Assembly (NCBI GenBank): GCA_039679675.1 | Contig: JBDKUN010000046.1 | Location: 1-49,904 of the forward strand | Length of the DNA: 49,904 bases | DNA from: Armatimonadota bacterium | GTDB lineage: Bacteria > Armatimonadota > UBA5829 > DTLH01 | Reading direction: 5' to 3' | Part shown: positions 9,000 to 18,474 of the stretch, one piece after another | Layout: each line of letters begins with the position of its first letter | How positions within the stretch are numbered: the first letter of the stretch is position 1 | The notes under the pieces: model-generated | Told to the model about the DNA's origin: nothing | Seen by the model: the letters and a program-made list of their open reading frames with translations, nothing else | The model's database searches: none | Position numbers and translations under genes: made by a program

Positions 9000-10232
9000 T
9001 TACAGCTCGCTGCGATACTCGTATATCTTGGAAACCGCGCTCACTATATCATCCATATCGCCCGTATCGCCGAGCAGCACGTTTTGCGGTATCCAGCAGC
9101 CTTCGCTCTTGCATGCTCTCTCGGTAACGGGGAGAAATACTTTACCGTAATCGATATCCGGGTTTGTACGCAGGTAGCCGGTATACGGGCCGAACTCTTT
9201 GTTGGTAAACAGCGGCTGCTCGTATAGAGGAAGCGGGTACCCCTCGGAACTGGGAATGCCCTCTGATGTAAGAGCGCTGATAAACCGGCTGCGGGGCACT
9301 CCGAACACGAATTCATCGTACCTGAAGATATATAGATGGCGCGCATTCATCGTTCCTGCCGGACGCGCGCCGTTCAAAGGCTTTATTCCAGGGATTTTCG
9401 CAAGCTCGGTATCGAGATAATCTGCATTAGCGGCTCTCAGATCAAACCGGCTGCTGAGCTTTTTCATCTGACAGCCAAGGATTGCCCCCTGAAACTCCGT
9501 CATCCGGTAGTTTCCGCCGATTGTGTAATGCGCATACCATGCTCCGTCTCTTGTCCGTCCGCAGTTGTGGATAGACCAGCACTTATCGGCATAGTCTTTA
9601 TTGTTGGTAATTATAATGCCGCCTTCGCCGGAGGTCATGTTCTTTGACGACTGGAACGAAAAACAAGCCATATCTCCTATCGAGCCCAACTTCCGGTTAC
9701 CGTATGTCCCTCCGTGTGCATGCGCGGCATCTTCGATGACAACGATGCCATGTTTTCCGGCTATCGCCATTATCCTGTCCATATCGGCAGCCAGACCGGC
9801 TAAATGAACAACTATTACGGCCTTAGTCCTTTCGGTTATGGCTTCTTCAAACCCCTTGGGGTCTATGCAATATGTGTCCGGCTCGATGTCTACAAACACC
9901 GGAACGGCATTGGCCTCGACAACCGCGCTTGCCGTTGCAAGGAATGTGTAAGGAGGGACTATTACCTCGTCACCCTCGCCGACGCCAGCCGCCATCAGCG
10001 CTATTTTGAGCGCAACCGTGCCGTTTACGACGGCAATGCCGTATTTTGCGTCATGATATGCGGCGAAGTCCCGCTCGAATTCGTGGACTCTGCTGCCCGC
10101 AACGGAGCCCCACACTCCGCTTTTGTATACATCTACCAGCGCACTGCACTCTTCGTCGCTGGTTACAGGCCAGGATGTAAATGGCCGGTTGCGTACCGGT
10201 TTTCCGCCGTTAATTGCTAAACTCTTCTGCAT
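9000..10232 (-). CDS. DegT/DnrJ/EryC1/StrS PLP aminotransferase (BtrR/StsC-like N-terminus)
   Basis: LAINGGKPVR...WP, NGTVAL, PPYTFLATA, IEDAAHAHG, FSFQSSKNMTSGEGG (PLP lysine), GNYRMTEFQ. Confidence 0.92.
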   Translation of the reverse strand: MQKSLAINGGKPVRNRPFTSWPVTSDEECSALVDVYKSGVWGSVAGSRVHEFERDFAAYHDAKYGIAVVNGTVALKIALMAAGVGEGDEVIVPPYTFLATASAVVEANAVPVFVDIEPDTYCIDPKGFEEAITERTKAVIVVHLAGLAADMDRIMAIAGKHGIVVIEDAAHAHGGTYGNRKLGSIGDMACFSFQSSKNMTSGEGGIIITNNKDYADKCWSIHNCGRTRDGAWYAHYTIGGNYRMTEFQGAILGCQMKKLSSRFDLRAANADYLDTELAKIPGIKPLNGARPAGTMNARHLYIFRYDEFVFGVPRSRFISALTSEGIPSSEGYPLPLYEQPLFTNKEFGPYTGYLRTNPDIDYGKVFLPVTERACKSEGCWIPQNVLLGDTGDMDDIVSAVSKIYEYRSEL

Positions 10233-11369
10233 TTAAAACTCCCCGAAGAACTTCTTCGCCATGTTCATATCAAGCGGCAGGCTGATTTTCTTTCCTGTGG
10301 CAGCGGACATCTGTGCCGCCCATCCGATCTCGGCCACCGCTGCTGAGTTGATAAAGCTCAGGCTCGACTTTTTGCCGGATTTTACACATTCGATGAAATG
10401 CCCCACGCACTCGCTCGTCTGATGCTCAACTACGTTTCCGGTGTCAGGCGTAGTGGTGTCTTCAGGCCAGACCAGATGCGTGAAGCCTTCGCTGTTGCAT
10501 CTTTCTTGATCGAGCGGATATATCCACTTGCTACTTGTCGATTTTTCGGACCAGTAACGCACCTTGTTCACCTGGTCCAGTTGGGCATCGAAGATAAACC
10601 CGCCCGCGGTTCCGAAAATGTTGTGGTAGGCATCATAACCATTGCTGTTATCGATATTGCCGAAGCAGAAACCTGTTGCACTGTTCGAAAACTCGACCAT
10701 TATGTTCCAGATGGGGTCAGCCTCGAACGGCCGCAGCCGTGATTTCGCGCTTGTCGCGTATACCGCAGCAGGCGTCCCCTGGCTGGACATCAGGTTCACC
10801 ATCACGGAAATGGAGTGGTTTATCCCCATACCGATTGCATCGCCCATAATCTCTTTGTTCAGTTTCCAGGCCTTATCTCCAGCGATGTTTATCGGATGCC
10901 TGTAGTTGACCTGAATCTGCGTGATATCCCCGAACTCCCCTTCAGCGATTTTCCCCTTAAGCCAGGTCTCCATGGAGTCGAAGTTCAGGATGTAGTCGAC
11001 GAATGTGACCAGGTTCGGATGCGATTTTTCTGCATCGATGAGTTTGCAGTAGTCATCGAATGCCGTCGCGCAGGGTTTTTCGCTGAAAACATGCTTTCCG
11101 GCGTTCATCGCAGCGATAGACTGCTTTGCATGGAAGCTGTTCGGGCTCACAAGCCAGACAGCGTCGATATCCGGGTTCTCGATTATGGCATCAAAACTGT
11201 CAACGAGTAGATCAGTAGAAAGTCCAAGCTCCTTGAGCACAGCTTTTCCCCGCTCAGAGTTTGCTTCGTAGAGGGCAAGGATGTTCACATCATCTCTTTC
11301 GGAAAGCCGGCGCAGCATGACACTGCCCATCCAACCGGCACCTGCGACACCAACATTTACTTTGTCCAA
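10233..11369 (-). CDS. Gfo/Idh/MocA family NAD(P)-dependent oxidoreductase
   Basis: GVAGAGWMG Rossmann motif, DAVWLVSPNSFH, GKHVFSEKP. Confidence 0.9.
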   Translation of the reverse strand: MDKVNVGVAGAGWMGSVMLRRLSERDDVNILALYEANSERGKAVLKELGLSTDLLVDSFDAIIENPDIDAVWLVSPNSFHAKQSIAAMNAGKHVFSEKPCATAFDDYCKLIDAEKSHPNLVTFVDYILNFDSMETWLKGKIAEGEFGDITQIQVNYRHPINIAGDKAWKLNKEIMGDAIGMGINHSISVMVNLMSSQGTPAAVYATSAKSRLRPFEADPIWNIMVEFSNSATGFCFGNIDNSNGYDAYHNIFGTAGGFIFDAQLDQVNKVRYWSEKSTSSKWIYPLDQERCNSEGFTHLVWPEDTTTPDTGNVVEHQTSECVGHFIECVKSGKKSSLSFINSAAVAEIGWAAQMSAATGKKISLPLDMNMAKKFFGEF

Positions 11370-12010
11370 TTTCTCTCCTCCGCAAAAGCCTTAATAACCG
11401 GCAGCATTGTATTCGCAATAAGTTTATGTCCATCAGCCCTTGGATGCACTCCATCGACGGTAAATTCATCAACATCGATGTTCGAGTCCACCCATGTACG
11501 ATGGTTATCGACCAGGTAAAGATTATCCTTCGCCGCGATCTCCCGAACGCAGTCCATATAATGCGGAAGCAGGCAGTTTGTGCCTCTATCTTTATAATAA
11601 GGCCACATGCCCCAGCAGCATTTGTTACCGAAGGGTATTGTCGTCATGAGAATAGGCTCGATTTTTGCGCTTTTGGCCCATTCGATCATCCGCAGCAGGT
11701 TTTTCTCGAAATCTTCCAGCACTACACGGGGCGATGTCACTTCCTGCTCCACAAGACAATCATTTGCTCCGTACATGATAGTAACACAGGCCGGAGAACG
11801 GCTTATAACATCAGTCTCAAAACGGCTCAGGCCACCGGAAGTAGTTTCACCGCCGATACCAGAACTGATAATCCCGGCATCCAGGCCGTTATTGGAAAGC
11901 TGTTTCTGCAAAACCGACTCGTATATCTCGTCAGCTTCAACATATGGCGTTCCGAGAGTGATCGAATCACCCAGACATACGATTTTCAATTGTCCCAACA
12001 GCTCCGGCAT
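11357..12010 (-). CDS. SGNH/GDSL hydrolase (possible O-acetylesterase)
   Basis: Blocks GDSIT, GIGGET, YGAND, DGVHP. Confidence 0.9.
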   Translation of the reverse strand: MPELLGQLKIVCLGDSITLGTPYVEADEIYESVLQKQLSNNGLDAGIISSGIGGETTSGGLSRFETDVISRSPACVTIMYGANDCLVEQEVTSPRVVLEDFEKNLLRMIEWAKSAKIEPILMTTIPFGNKCCWGMWPYYKDRGTNCLLPHYMDCVREIAAKDNLYLVDNHRTWVDSNIDVDEFTVDGVHPRADGHKLIANTMLPVIKAFAEERNWTK

Positions 12011-12048
12011 AGATATTCTCCTGAAACTATATCAGTAAAGTAATCACC

Positions 12049-12078
12049 TTGACAGCACACAACCACTGAAACTATAAT
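12049..12078 (+). promoter_or_regulatory. Consensus sigma70 promoter for the LacI-family gene
   Basis: TTGACA (12049-12054), 18 nt, TATAAT (12073-12078). Confidence 0.7.
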
Positions 12079-12094
12079 CCTCATGTTCACAGTC

Positions 12095-12111
12095 GCGCAC
12101 AGTGCGCATTG
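12095..12111. promoter_or_regulatory. Candidate operator palindromes in the divergent intergenic region
   Basis: GCGCAC-A-GTGCGC (12095-12107) overlapping CAGTGC|GCATTG, centred between inverted CTATAATCCT/AGGATTATAG. Confidence 0.4.
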
Positions 12112-12135
12112 CTGCTCACTATAGGATTATAGCAC

Positions 12136-13119
12136 ATGTTAAAATCTCAGGTAAATCAACAGGCAATAGCGGATAAGCTCTCAATATCGCGGAGCACTGT
12201 TACACGGGTACTCCGGCATGATCCCGTGCATAGAATATCCCCCGAAACCCGTGATCTTATTCTGCAGACCGCACGGGAAATGGGATACCGGCTCAGAAGG
12301 CGAAGGACCGGGAATATCGCTTTCGTAGTGTGCGGCGAAATGGCTTCCAGACAGGTCGAACTCCACATGGCGGTCTGTGATGAGGCCGCAAAGAGCGACT
12401 GCAGAGTGTTTTTTGTTCACTTCCCTGAGTTCCCGTCATATAAGCAGATAAGCCTGCATGTAAACCCTCTTACAGCCGATGGGGCTGTTCTTGTCGGCAG
12501 GTATGACCCAGAACTGGCGCAAAAGATTGCAACGGTCATGCCAGTTGTGATACTCGATGATGACTACAAACTTACGGATGTAGACCAGATCATAGTAGAT
12601 TACATCGCGCTCGGCAGGCTGCTTACCGAAGGACTCATCAAGGCTGGCCATCAGCATATTGCTGTTATTGCGCAGTTTCCTGAGGACGTAAAGTGGAGCG
12701 GCCCGCTTGAAGGCTACAAGCAGGCAATCGAGGCCGCAGGCGGAGAAGCGAGCCTCTCGATGGTCTGGTCAAAGTCCGGCAGGCTCTACCCGGAGCTTCT
12801 GAAGGAAATTCTCGACACATTACCCAAACCTACAGGCATTCTGGCACTGACGACATCTGACCATGCGATCATCCTATCGACTCTTATGGCTATGGGAGTG
12901 GATGTGCCGGGTGATGTTTCGTATGTCGGCTGGGCTTATTCATATATGGCCGCACTCCTTCCATTTCCGGCTATTACCTGCCTTGATGACATATACCAAT
13001 CTATGGCAAGAGCCGCTGTAGGAAGACTTTTTGCGAAGATAGAAGGCGAAGTTACTCAAGCTGAGACTATTACAGTACCCGTGAGCATCCGCTCAGGCGA
13101 AACATGCGCTAAAAGATAA
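12136..13119 (+). CDS. LacI-family transcriptional regulator
   Basis: N-terminal HTH IADKLSISRSTVTRVL...ISPETRDLILQTAREMGY; sugar-binding domain with GHQHIAVI and VPGDVSYVG. Confidence 0.9.
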   Translation: MLKSQVNQQAIADKLSISRSTVTRVLRHDPVHRISPETRDLILQTAREMGYRLRRRRTGNIAFVVCGEMASRQVELHMAVCDEAAKSDCRVFFVHFPEFPSYKQISLHVNPLTADGAVLVGRYDPELAQKIATVMPVVILDDDYKLTDVDQIIVDYIALGRLLTEGLIKAGHQHIAVIAQFPEDVKWSGPLEGYKQAIEAAGGEASLSMVWSKSGRLYPELLKEILDTLPKPTGILALTTSDHAIILSTLMAMGVDVPGDVSYVGWAYSYMAALLPFPAITCLDDIYQSMARAAVGRLFAKIEGEVTQAETITVPVSIRSGETCAKR

Positions 13120-13126
13120 CAACAAT

Positions 13127-13193
13127 ACGTCATGCTGAACTTGATTCAGCATCCATTTCCTTTCTGGATTCCGAGTCGAGCTCGGAATGACGT
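13127..13193. repeat. CGTC-tagged REP-like dimer (family A), copy 3
   Basis: ACGTCATGCTGAACTTGATTCAGCATCC...CTGGATTCCGAGTCGAGCTCGGAATGACGT; compensatory stem changes relative to copy 1. Confidence 0.85.
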
Positions 13194-13210
13194 TGGAATG
13201 TGGTTTTTAT

Positions 13211-14452
13211 ATGCATAATATTAGAAACGAACTAAAAACATATTTAGCATCCCAAAAAGAAGACATTGCCGCCCGGCTCGTCGAGATGGTATCGCACAAG
13301 AGCACAGTCAGCTCGGAACACAGCATACAGGCGTATCTTTTCGACTATTTGAAAGGCCAGGGGCTACATCCTGAATATGAAAATGTCGAAGACTCCATCA
13401 CGGGTGACCCGGACTACACATTCGTGCCGGGCCATACCACGTATGCCGGACGTCCGAATATAAAGATCAATGTTCCCGGCACTGGCGGCGGCAAAAGCGC
13501 CATCCTGAACACTCACTCAGACGTGGTTTCCGCACCGGATGAGATGTTTACCGCGCGCTTTGACGACGGCGTTGTCTATGGCCGGGGCGCATGCGACGCC
13601 AAAGGGCAGGTCGCAACCATCATACTTGCAGCTCAGGCGCTGAAAGACCTGAGAATTAAGCTGAAGGGCGATTTACAGGTCCAGCTTGTGATTGAAGAAG
13701 AAGCAGGCGGAAACGGCTCGCTTTCACTCATCCGGCATGGTAATAAAGCTGATTGCGCAGTTGTACTTGAGCCGACCAGCCTTCGAATGCACCCCGCAAA
13801 CAGGGGAGCTGTGTGGTATAAGCTCGGCGTAAAAGGCAAGCCGGTCCACATGGGCAAATATTGGGACGGTGTGAGCGCTATCGACGAAATGGTCGGCCTT
13901 ATCGGGATTCTAGGGGAGTATGAAGCAATGCTCCGCGAAGAGTCCAAAGGTAACCCACTCTTTCCGCACGACCCAAGCCCTGTAGTTGTGAATATCGGCT
14001 GCATACAGGGAGGCGACTGGCCTTCAATGCTGCCCGCCGAGTGTTTCATAGAAGGTGGAATAGCATTTTTGCCCAATAAACGGATCTCGCAAATTTATGA
14101 TGAAGTCAGAGACCTCATCGAGAGCCGCGCATCCGCCTGGGCAAGGGAAAACTACACTTTTGAGTTCTGCAAGCTTCACAACGAAGCATTCGAGACCCCG
14201 GTAGATCATCCATCAGTCGCCGCGTTCGACAGGGCATACAAGTCGGTCCTTGGTGATGACCCGATGGTCGGCTGGATAGCGTCCTGCGACGGGCGGTTGT
14301 TTGCCCGCACCGGCGAAATGCCGACAATCACCTTCGGCGCTGGCGACCTGGGGCATGCACATTCACTTGATGAACAGATAATAGTCGATGATATTCTCCG
14401 CGCCGCTGAGGTGCTTGTTACGTTCCTTGTGGACTGGTGCGGAGTGGATTAG
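13211..14452 (+). CDS. M20 family metallopeptidase/deacylase (ArgE/DapE-like)
   Basis: LNTHSDVV, YGRGACDAKG, IEEEAGGNG, LEPT, AHSLDE. The ORF-track ATG at 13187 lies inside the REP, so ATG 13211 is preferred. Confidence 0.88.
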   Translation: MHNIRNELKTYLASQKEDIAARLVEMVSHKSTVSSEHSIQAYLFDYLKGQGLHPEYENVEDSITGDPDYTFVPGHTTYAGRPNIKINVPGTGGGKSAILNTHSDVVSAPDEMFTARFDDGVVYGRGACDAKGQVATIILAAQALKDLRIKLKGDLQVQLVIEEEAGGNGSLSLIRHGNKADCAVVLEPTSLRMHPANRGAVWYKLGVKGKPVHMGKYWDGVSAIDEMVGLIGILGEYEAMLREESKGNPLFPHDPSPVVVNIGCIQGGDWPSMLPAECFIEGGIAFLPNKRISQIYDEVRDLIESRASAWARENYTFEFCKLHNEAFETPVDHPSVAAFDRAYKSVLGDDPMVGWIASCDGRLFARTGEMPTITFGAGDLGHAHSLDEQIIVDDILRAAEVLVTFLVDWCGVD

Positions 14453-14460
14453 GAGGAAAG

Positions 14461-15534
14461 ATGTCAGTAAAAATAGGCGTTGTCGGTGCAGGCAATTTCG
14501 GGCAGATGCACCTCGATTCGTATACTCAGCTCGGATACTTGGGTGTTGCCGAGCTTGCAGCCGTTACAGATGCCAATCCCAAGCGTGTAGAGACACTTAA
14601 AAAAGAGCTAAAATGCCCGATATTTTCGGATGTGAGCGAGATGCTCGAAAAAACGGATATAGACGCGGTCAGTATTGCAACACCGGACCACCTTCACAAG
14701 GCAGTTGCGCTTGCCGCCCTTAAGGCCGGTAAACATGTGCTGGTCGAAAAGCCTCTGGATATAACAGTCGAAGGCTGCAAAGAGATCATTCAGGCGGCAA
14801 AAGACTCCGGTGTCCTTCTGCAGGTCGATTTCCACAAGAGATATGACCCCGACCACCAGGCAATAGAGCGGCGTGTCAAAAATGGAGATCTGGGCGACCT
14901 TCTCTACGGCAGCGCGTATATGGAAGACCGTATTGAAGTCCCCAGCAAATGGTTCCCGAACTGGGCGCCGAACTCATCCCCAGCATGGTTTTTGGGTGTC
15001 CACTTCTATGACCTCATAAGGTGGATTGTAAAGAGTGAAGTGAAAAGTGTCTATGCGACCGGCATTAAGAACACGCTTCTAAATGACTACAATGTAGACA
15101 CCTATGACAGCATCAGCGCGAAAGTCGACTTCGTAAACGGCGTGAGCTTTACATTCGACACCAGCTGGATACTGCCAGACAACTTCGAGGCGGTCGTAAA
15201 CCAGGGCATGCGTATAGTCGGGACCAAAGGCATCTTCGAGTGCGACAGTCAGGACAGAGGCACCCGTTCGTGCGTAAAGCCTGAAGGTATGTCGACCTAC
15301 AACAACAATTTCAAGCGCGAAGCTTCAGACAAGTTCGGCCGGAAGGTCATGAAGGGTTACGGCATCGAAAGCATAGAAGATTTTGCTTACAATGTCTCAT
15401 TCTTAAAGAGCGGCGGCAAGACAGAGGACATCCCCGGCTGCTGGGCATCCGGCGAAGACGGTCTGGAAGTCACGCGCATTGCAGTCGCAGTTCATGAAAG
15501 CATAAAGACAGGACAGGTTATCGTACTGAGGTAA
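14461..15534 (+). CDS. Gfo/Idh/MocA family oxidoreductase
   Basis: GVVGAGNFG, ATPDHLH, GKHVLVEKP, DFHKRYDP; AGGAGG SD before ATG 14461. Confidence 0.92.
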   Translation: MSVKIGVVGAGNFGQMHLDSYTQLGYLGVAELAAVTDANPKRVETLKKELKCPIFSDVSEMLEKTDIDAVSIATPDHLHKAVALAALKAGKHVLVEKPLDITVEGCKEIIQAAKDSGVLLQVDFHKRYDPDHQAIERRVKNGDLGDLLYGSAYMEDRIEVPSKWFPNWAPNSSPAWFLGVHFYDLIRWIVKSEVKSVYATGIKNTLLNDYNVDTYDSISAKVDFVNGVSFTFDTSWILPDNFEAVVNQGMRIVGTKGIFECDSQDRGTRSCVKPEGMSTYNNNFKREASDKFGRKVMKGYGIESIEDFAYNVSFLKSGGKTEDIPGCWASGEDGLEVTRIAVAVHESIKTGQVIVLR

Positions 15535-15539
15535 TAATT

Positions 15540-16907
15540 ATGGCAAGTTACGATCTTACTCCGGTGGAAGTCCCGCCGGTCAATACAAAATACAGAACAA
15601 TAAAGACGAAGATCCCCGTACCTGAGTCGCTGCCGGTATTCGAGGCGCTGAAGGAATCGGAAGCGCGGTCCATGAGTGGACAGCCGCCGATTGTGTGGCA
15701 CAAAGCAGAGAATTTCACCGTTCATGACAAGTGGGGAAACCGCTGGATAGACTGGTCGAGCTGCGTCCTTGTCGCAAATGCCGGTCATGGCCGCCCTGAG
15801 GTAAAAGAAGCCCTTATGAAACTCATCGACCAGGGGCTTTTATCCAGTTATGTGTTCGTGCATGAGCAGCGCGCGGAGCTTTGCAAACTGCTACAGACTC
15901 TTGCGCCTGATCCTGCAAACTATCGCGTTTTTCTTCTCAGTACGGGCAGTGAAGCGACCGAAAACTGCATAAAACTTGCCAAGACTTATGCACTCAAGAA
16001 GCATGGCGAGAAGAAGAAATACTTAGTTTCGTTTAAAAACGGGTTCCACGGCCGCACAATGGGCGCGCAGCTCGCCGGAGGAATGGAAAAGCAGAAGACA
16101 TGGATGGTAGACAGAGACAAGACATTCGTGCAGGTTCCGTTCCCGGATGGCTACAAGAACGAAAACAGGTCATTCGACCTGTTCCTTTCCACTTTGAATG
16201 ACCTTGGGATCACCGGCGACGAGATCGCAGGTGTAATGGTGGAGAGCTATCAGGGAATCGGCCCGGATTTTCTGACTGTCGAATACGCTCAGAGGATGCA
16301 GGACTTCTGCCGGAAGCACGATATCGTAATGATCTACGATGAAGTGCAATCGGGTTTCGGAAGAACAGGCAAGATGTTCTGTTATGAACATTATGGAGTC
16401 AAACCGGACATCATTTCGTGCGGCAAGGGGATTTCCTCATCGCTTCCGATGTCGGCAGTAATAGGCCGTGAGGATATAATGGACCTCTACGCACCGGGTT
16501 CGATGACATCCACCCACTCGGCATCGCCTCTACCTGTCGCCGCAGCGCTTGCGAATGTCAAGATTATTATCAACGAGAACCTTGCTGAGAGAGCCGCAAA
16601 GATGGGTGAAATATTGATCCCTGAGCTCGACCGCATCCAGAAGAAATACCCGGATGTGCTCGGATGCATGCATGCGATGGGGCTGGTCGGTGGCATTCAG
16701 GTGGTCAAGCCCGGAACAAAAGAGCCTGACCCGGAAACCGCTCTCAAGATCAACGTTGCATGCCTGCAGAAAGGTCTGCTGATGTTCGCACCTGTGGGTG
16801 TCGCAGGAGAATGTCTGAAGATCGCTCCGCCGCTTACGATAACGGAAGATGCTCTGCGAGAATCCGTGCAGGCTTTCGAAGAAGCGGTAGACGAAATACT
16901 TGCTTAG
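15540..16907 (+). CDS. Class-III PLP aminotransferase
   Basis: GSEATENCIKLA, GFHGRT, DEVQSGFGRTG, CGKGISS, LKIAPPLTI. Confidence 0.92.
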   Translation: MASYDLTPVEVPPVNTKYRTIKTKIPVPESLPVFEALKESEARSMSGQPPIVWHKAENFTVHDKWGNRWIDWSSCVLVANAGHGRPEVKEALMKLIDQGLLSSYVFVHEQRAELCKLLQTLAPDPANYRVFLLSTGSEATENCIKLAKTYALKKHGEKKKYLVSFKNGFHGRTMGAQLAGGMEKQKTWMVDRDKTFVQVPFPDGYKNENRSFDLFLSTLNDLGITGDEIAGVMVESYQGIGPDFLTVEYAQRMQDFCRKHDIVMIYDEVQSGFGRTGKMFCYEHYGVKPDIISCGKGISSSLPMSAVIGREDIMDLYAPGSMTSTHSASPLPVAAALANVKIIINENLAERAAKMGEILIPELDRIQKKYPDVLGCMHAMGLVGGIQVVKPGTKEPDPETALKINVACLQKGLLMFAPVGVAGECLKIAPPLTITEDALRESVQAFEEAVDEILA

Positions 16908-16931
16908 AAATATTCAGCTGCAATAAGATGC

Positions 16932-16971
16932 CATCCTGCCCGTATTGTTCGTAGAAAATACGGGCAGGATG
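16932..16971. terminator. Long hairpin between convergent genes (probable bidirectional terminator)
   Basis: CATCCTGCCCGTATT-loop-AATACGGGCAGGATG, 15-bp perfect stem. Confidence 0.65.
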
Positions 16972-17017
16972 ACTGTATAAGATTAATGCATAAGCCCTGC
17001 CGCGCTTCCAGTCTATC

Positions 17018-18436
17018 TCAAAATCCCCGGACGATTTCATCCAATTTTGCTTTTCTGGCAGGATCGAAACCGGCTGCAGGCATGGAAGCATACCTCTTAA
17101 CAGCATCTTGAGCAACCTGATAGGTGCTCTTGCCGCCGGCAGCTTCCCACGATGCGCGTGGTCCGCGCACCGCGACGTTCGGGATGTGGTATTCGTCCTT
17201 ACGCAGCCAATCCATAGTATGCTCAGTCATTAGATAAGACCCACCCTGCGGCCCAATCTCTTCGATGACATCGCGCGCAATGGTATCTTCATTTACGGTA
17301 ATACCGGCAGCGATGCGTCTGGACAAAGCGGATATTTCTTCGTCCATAACGAGCTGTTCGTGAGAGCATGTCATACCAGTTGCGAACATACCGCAGTTTA
17401 CGATCAGGTCATGTCCTGCTGCTATCGCACAGAACTGGCTGAGAGTCTTCTCCCAGGCATTCTGTTCGTCATGCGCGTGATTGTCAGAGTTCGGTGCAGT
17501 TGTATGCGAAGGTACATTGTAGAACCGCGCAAGCTGTGCAGCGGCTATACGGCAGAGAGTAGTCTCAGCCGAGCCGACCAGAGCTGCGCCCGTGCGCATA
17601 TCGGTAGCCGTCCATGAGTTTGCATACATTACCTTGTGACCGGGTTTCAGCATCTGTATCATCGCGAGGCCGGATATGCATTCGGCGTTGTTTACAGTAA
17701 GCAGACCGGCAAGCGTGTATGGCGCGGAGACTCCGGCGTTAGGTTCCGGTAATATGGCAATCGGGACTCCGGTCGTGATTGTATCCATAATCGCATCGAT
17801 TACGCTGCCTTCCCAGAAAAGCGGACTTGTTGGAGAAAGCTGGGTAATTCCGTAGACTTCGGAAGCAAAATCACCGACAAATGCGGCGCGCAGCAGCTCT
17901 ATGCATGCCCTGTTGACATCCAATTTATCGGTCGAGAAGTAAATCGGTTTCCGGCTGTTTTCAATGCAGGCCCGGACACCATATACCAACGATGCGTTCG
18001 GAGTAGGAACATCCTGCGGCATCACGGGAATCCCTATCATATCGATGTTGGGAAGGTTGTCGCATATCTTTGCGAACAACTCAACATCCGATACTCTGGA
18101 TGGCCTTGTCTCGCCACTCTCCGAATCCAGCCAGAACACGGCATTGTGTCCGGCGGCAATCCTGGGAACACCATCACCCAGAGTGAAAGCAAATTCACCG
18201 TCCCGGTCAAAGACATCAATAGTCGAAGGCGCTGTGCTCAATGCATCTTCGACACTTGACCGGCTGAACTTAACTACCCGGCTATTTTTGTCCACACTCA
18301 GCCCTTTTTCTTCGAGAAACTGAAGCATTTTCGGGCTGTGTACCTTAACACCGCAAGTCTCCAGAATATGAAGAGTTGCCTCGTGTATTTGCCTTACTTC
18401 ACTGTCCGAAAGGACTGTCGAAATTGGTAATTTCAC
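17018..18436 (-). CDS. Trimethylamine methyltransferase (MttB) superfamily protein, non-pyrrolysine
   Basis: IHEATLHILETCGV, SPTSPL, GVSAPYTLAGLL..NAE, DMRTG, SDNHAHDEQNAWEK, SHEQLVMDEEI; no in-frame amber codon. Confidence 0.88.
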   Translation of the reverse strand: MKLPISTVLSDSEVRQIHEATLHILETCGVKVHSPKMLQFLEEKGLSVDKNSRVVKFSRSSVEDALSTAPSTIDVFDRDGEFAFTLGDGVPRIAAGHNAVFWLDSESGETRPSRVSDVELFAKICDNLPNIDMIGIPVMPQDVPTPNASLVYGVRACIENSRKPIYFSTDKLDVNRACIELLRAAFVGDFASEVYGITQLSPTSPLFWEGSVIDAIMDTITTGVPIAILPEPNAGVSAPYTLAGLLTVNNAECISGLAMIQMLKPGHKVMYANSWTATDMRTGAALVGSAETTLCRIAAAQLARFYNVPSHTTAPNSDNHAHDEQNAWEKTLSQFCAIAAGHDLIVNCGMFATGMTCSHEQLVMDEEISALSRRIAAGITVNEDTIARDVIEEIGPQGGSYLMTEHTMDWLRKDEYHIPNVAVRGPRASWEAAGGKSTYQVAQDAVKRYASMPAAGFDPARKAKLDEIVRGF

Positions 18437-18474
18437 TTCGTAATAACCCTGTACCTTTTGCTAAAGACCATCTA

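Noticed and set aside
255..13193. Recurrent ~68-nt palindromic repeat as a CRISPR array
   Set aside because: Copies are dispersed with no regular spacers and no cas genes; fits REP-like elements.
17018..18436. Pyrrolysine recoding in the MttB homolog
   Set aside because: ORF is uninterrupted, the equivalent residue is Asn, and no pyl genes are present.
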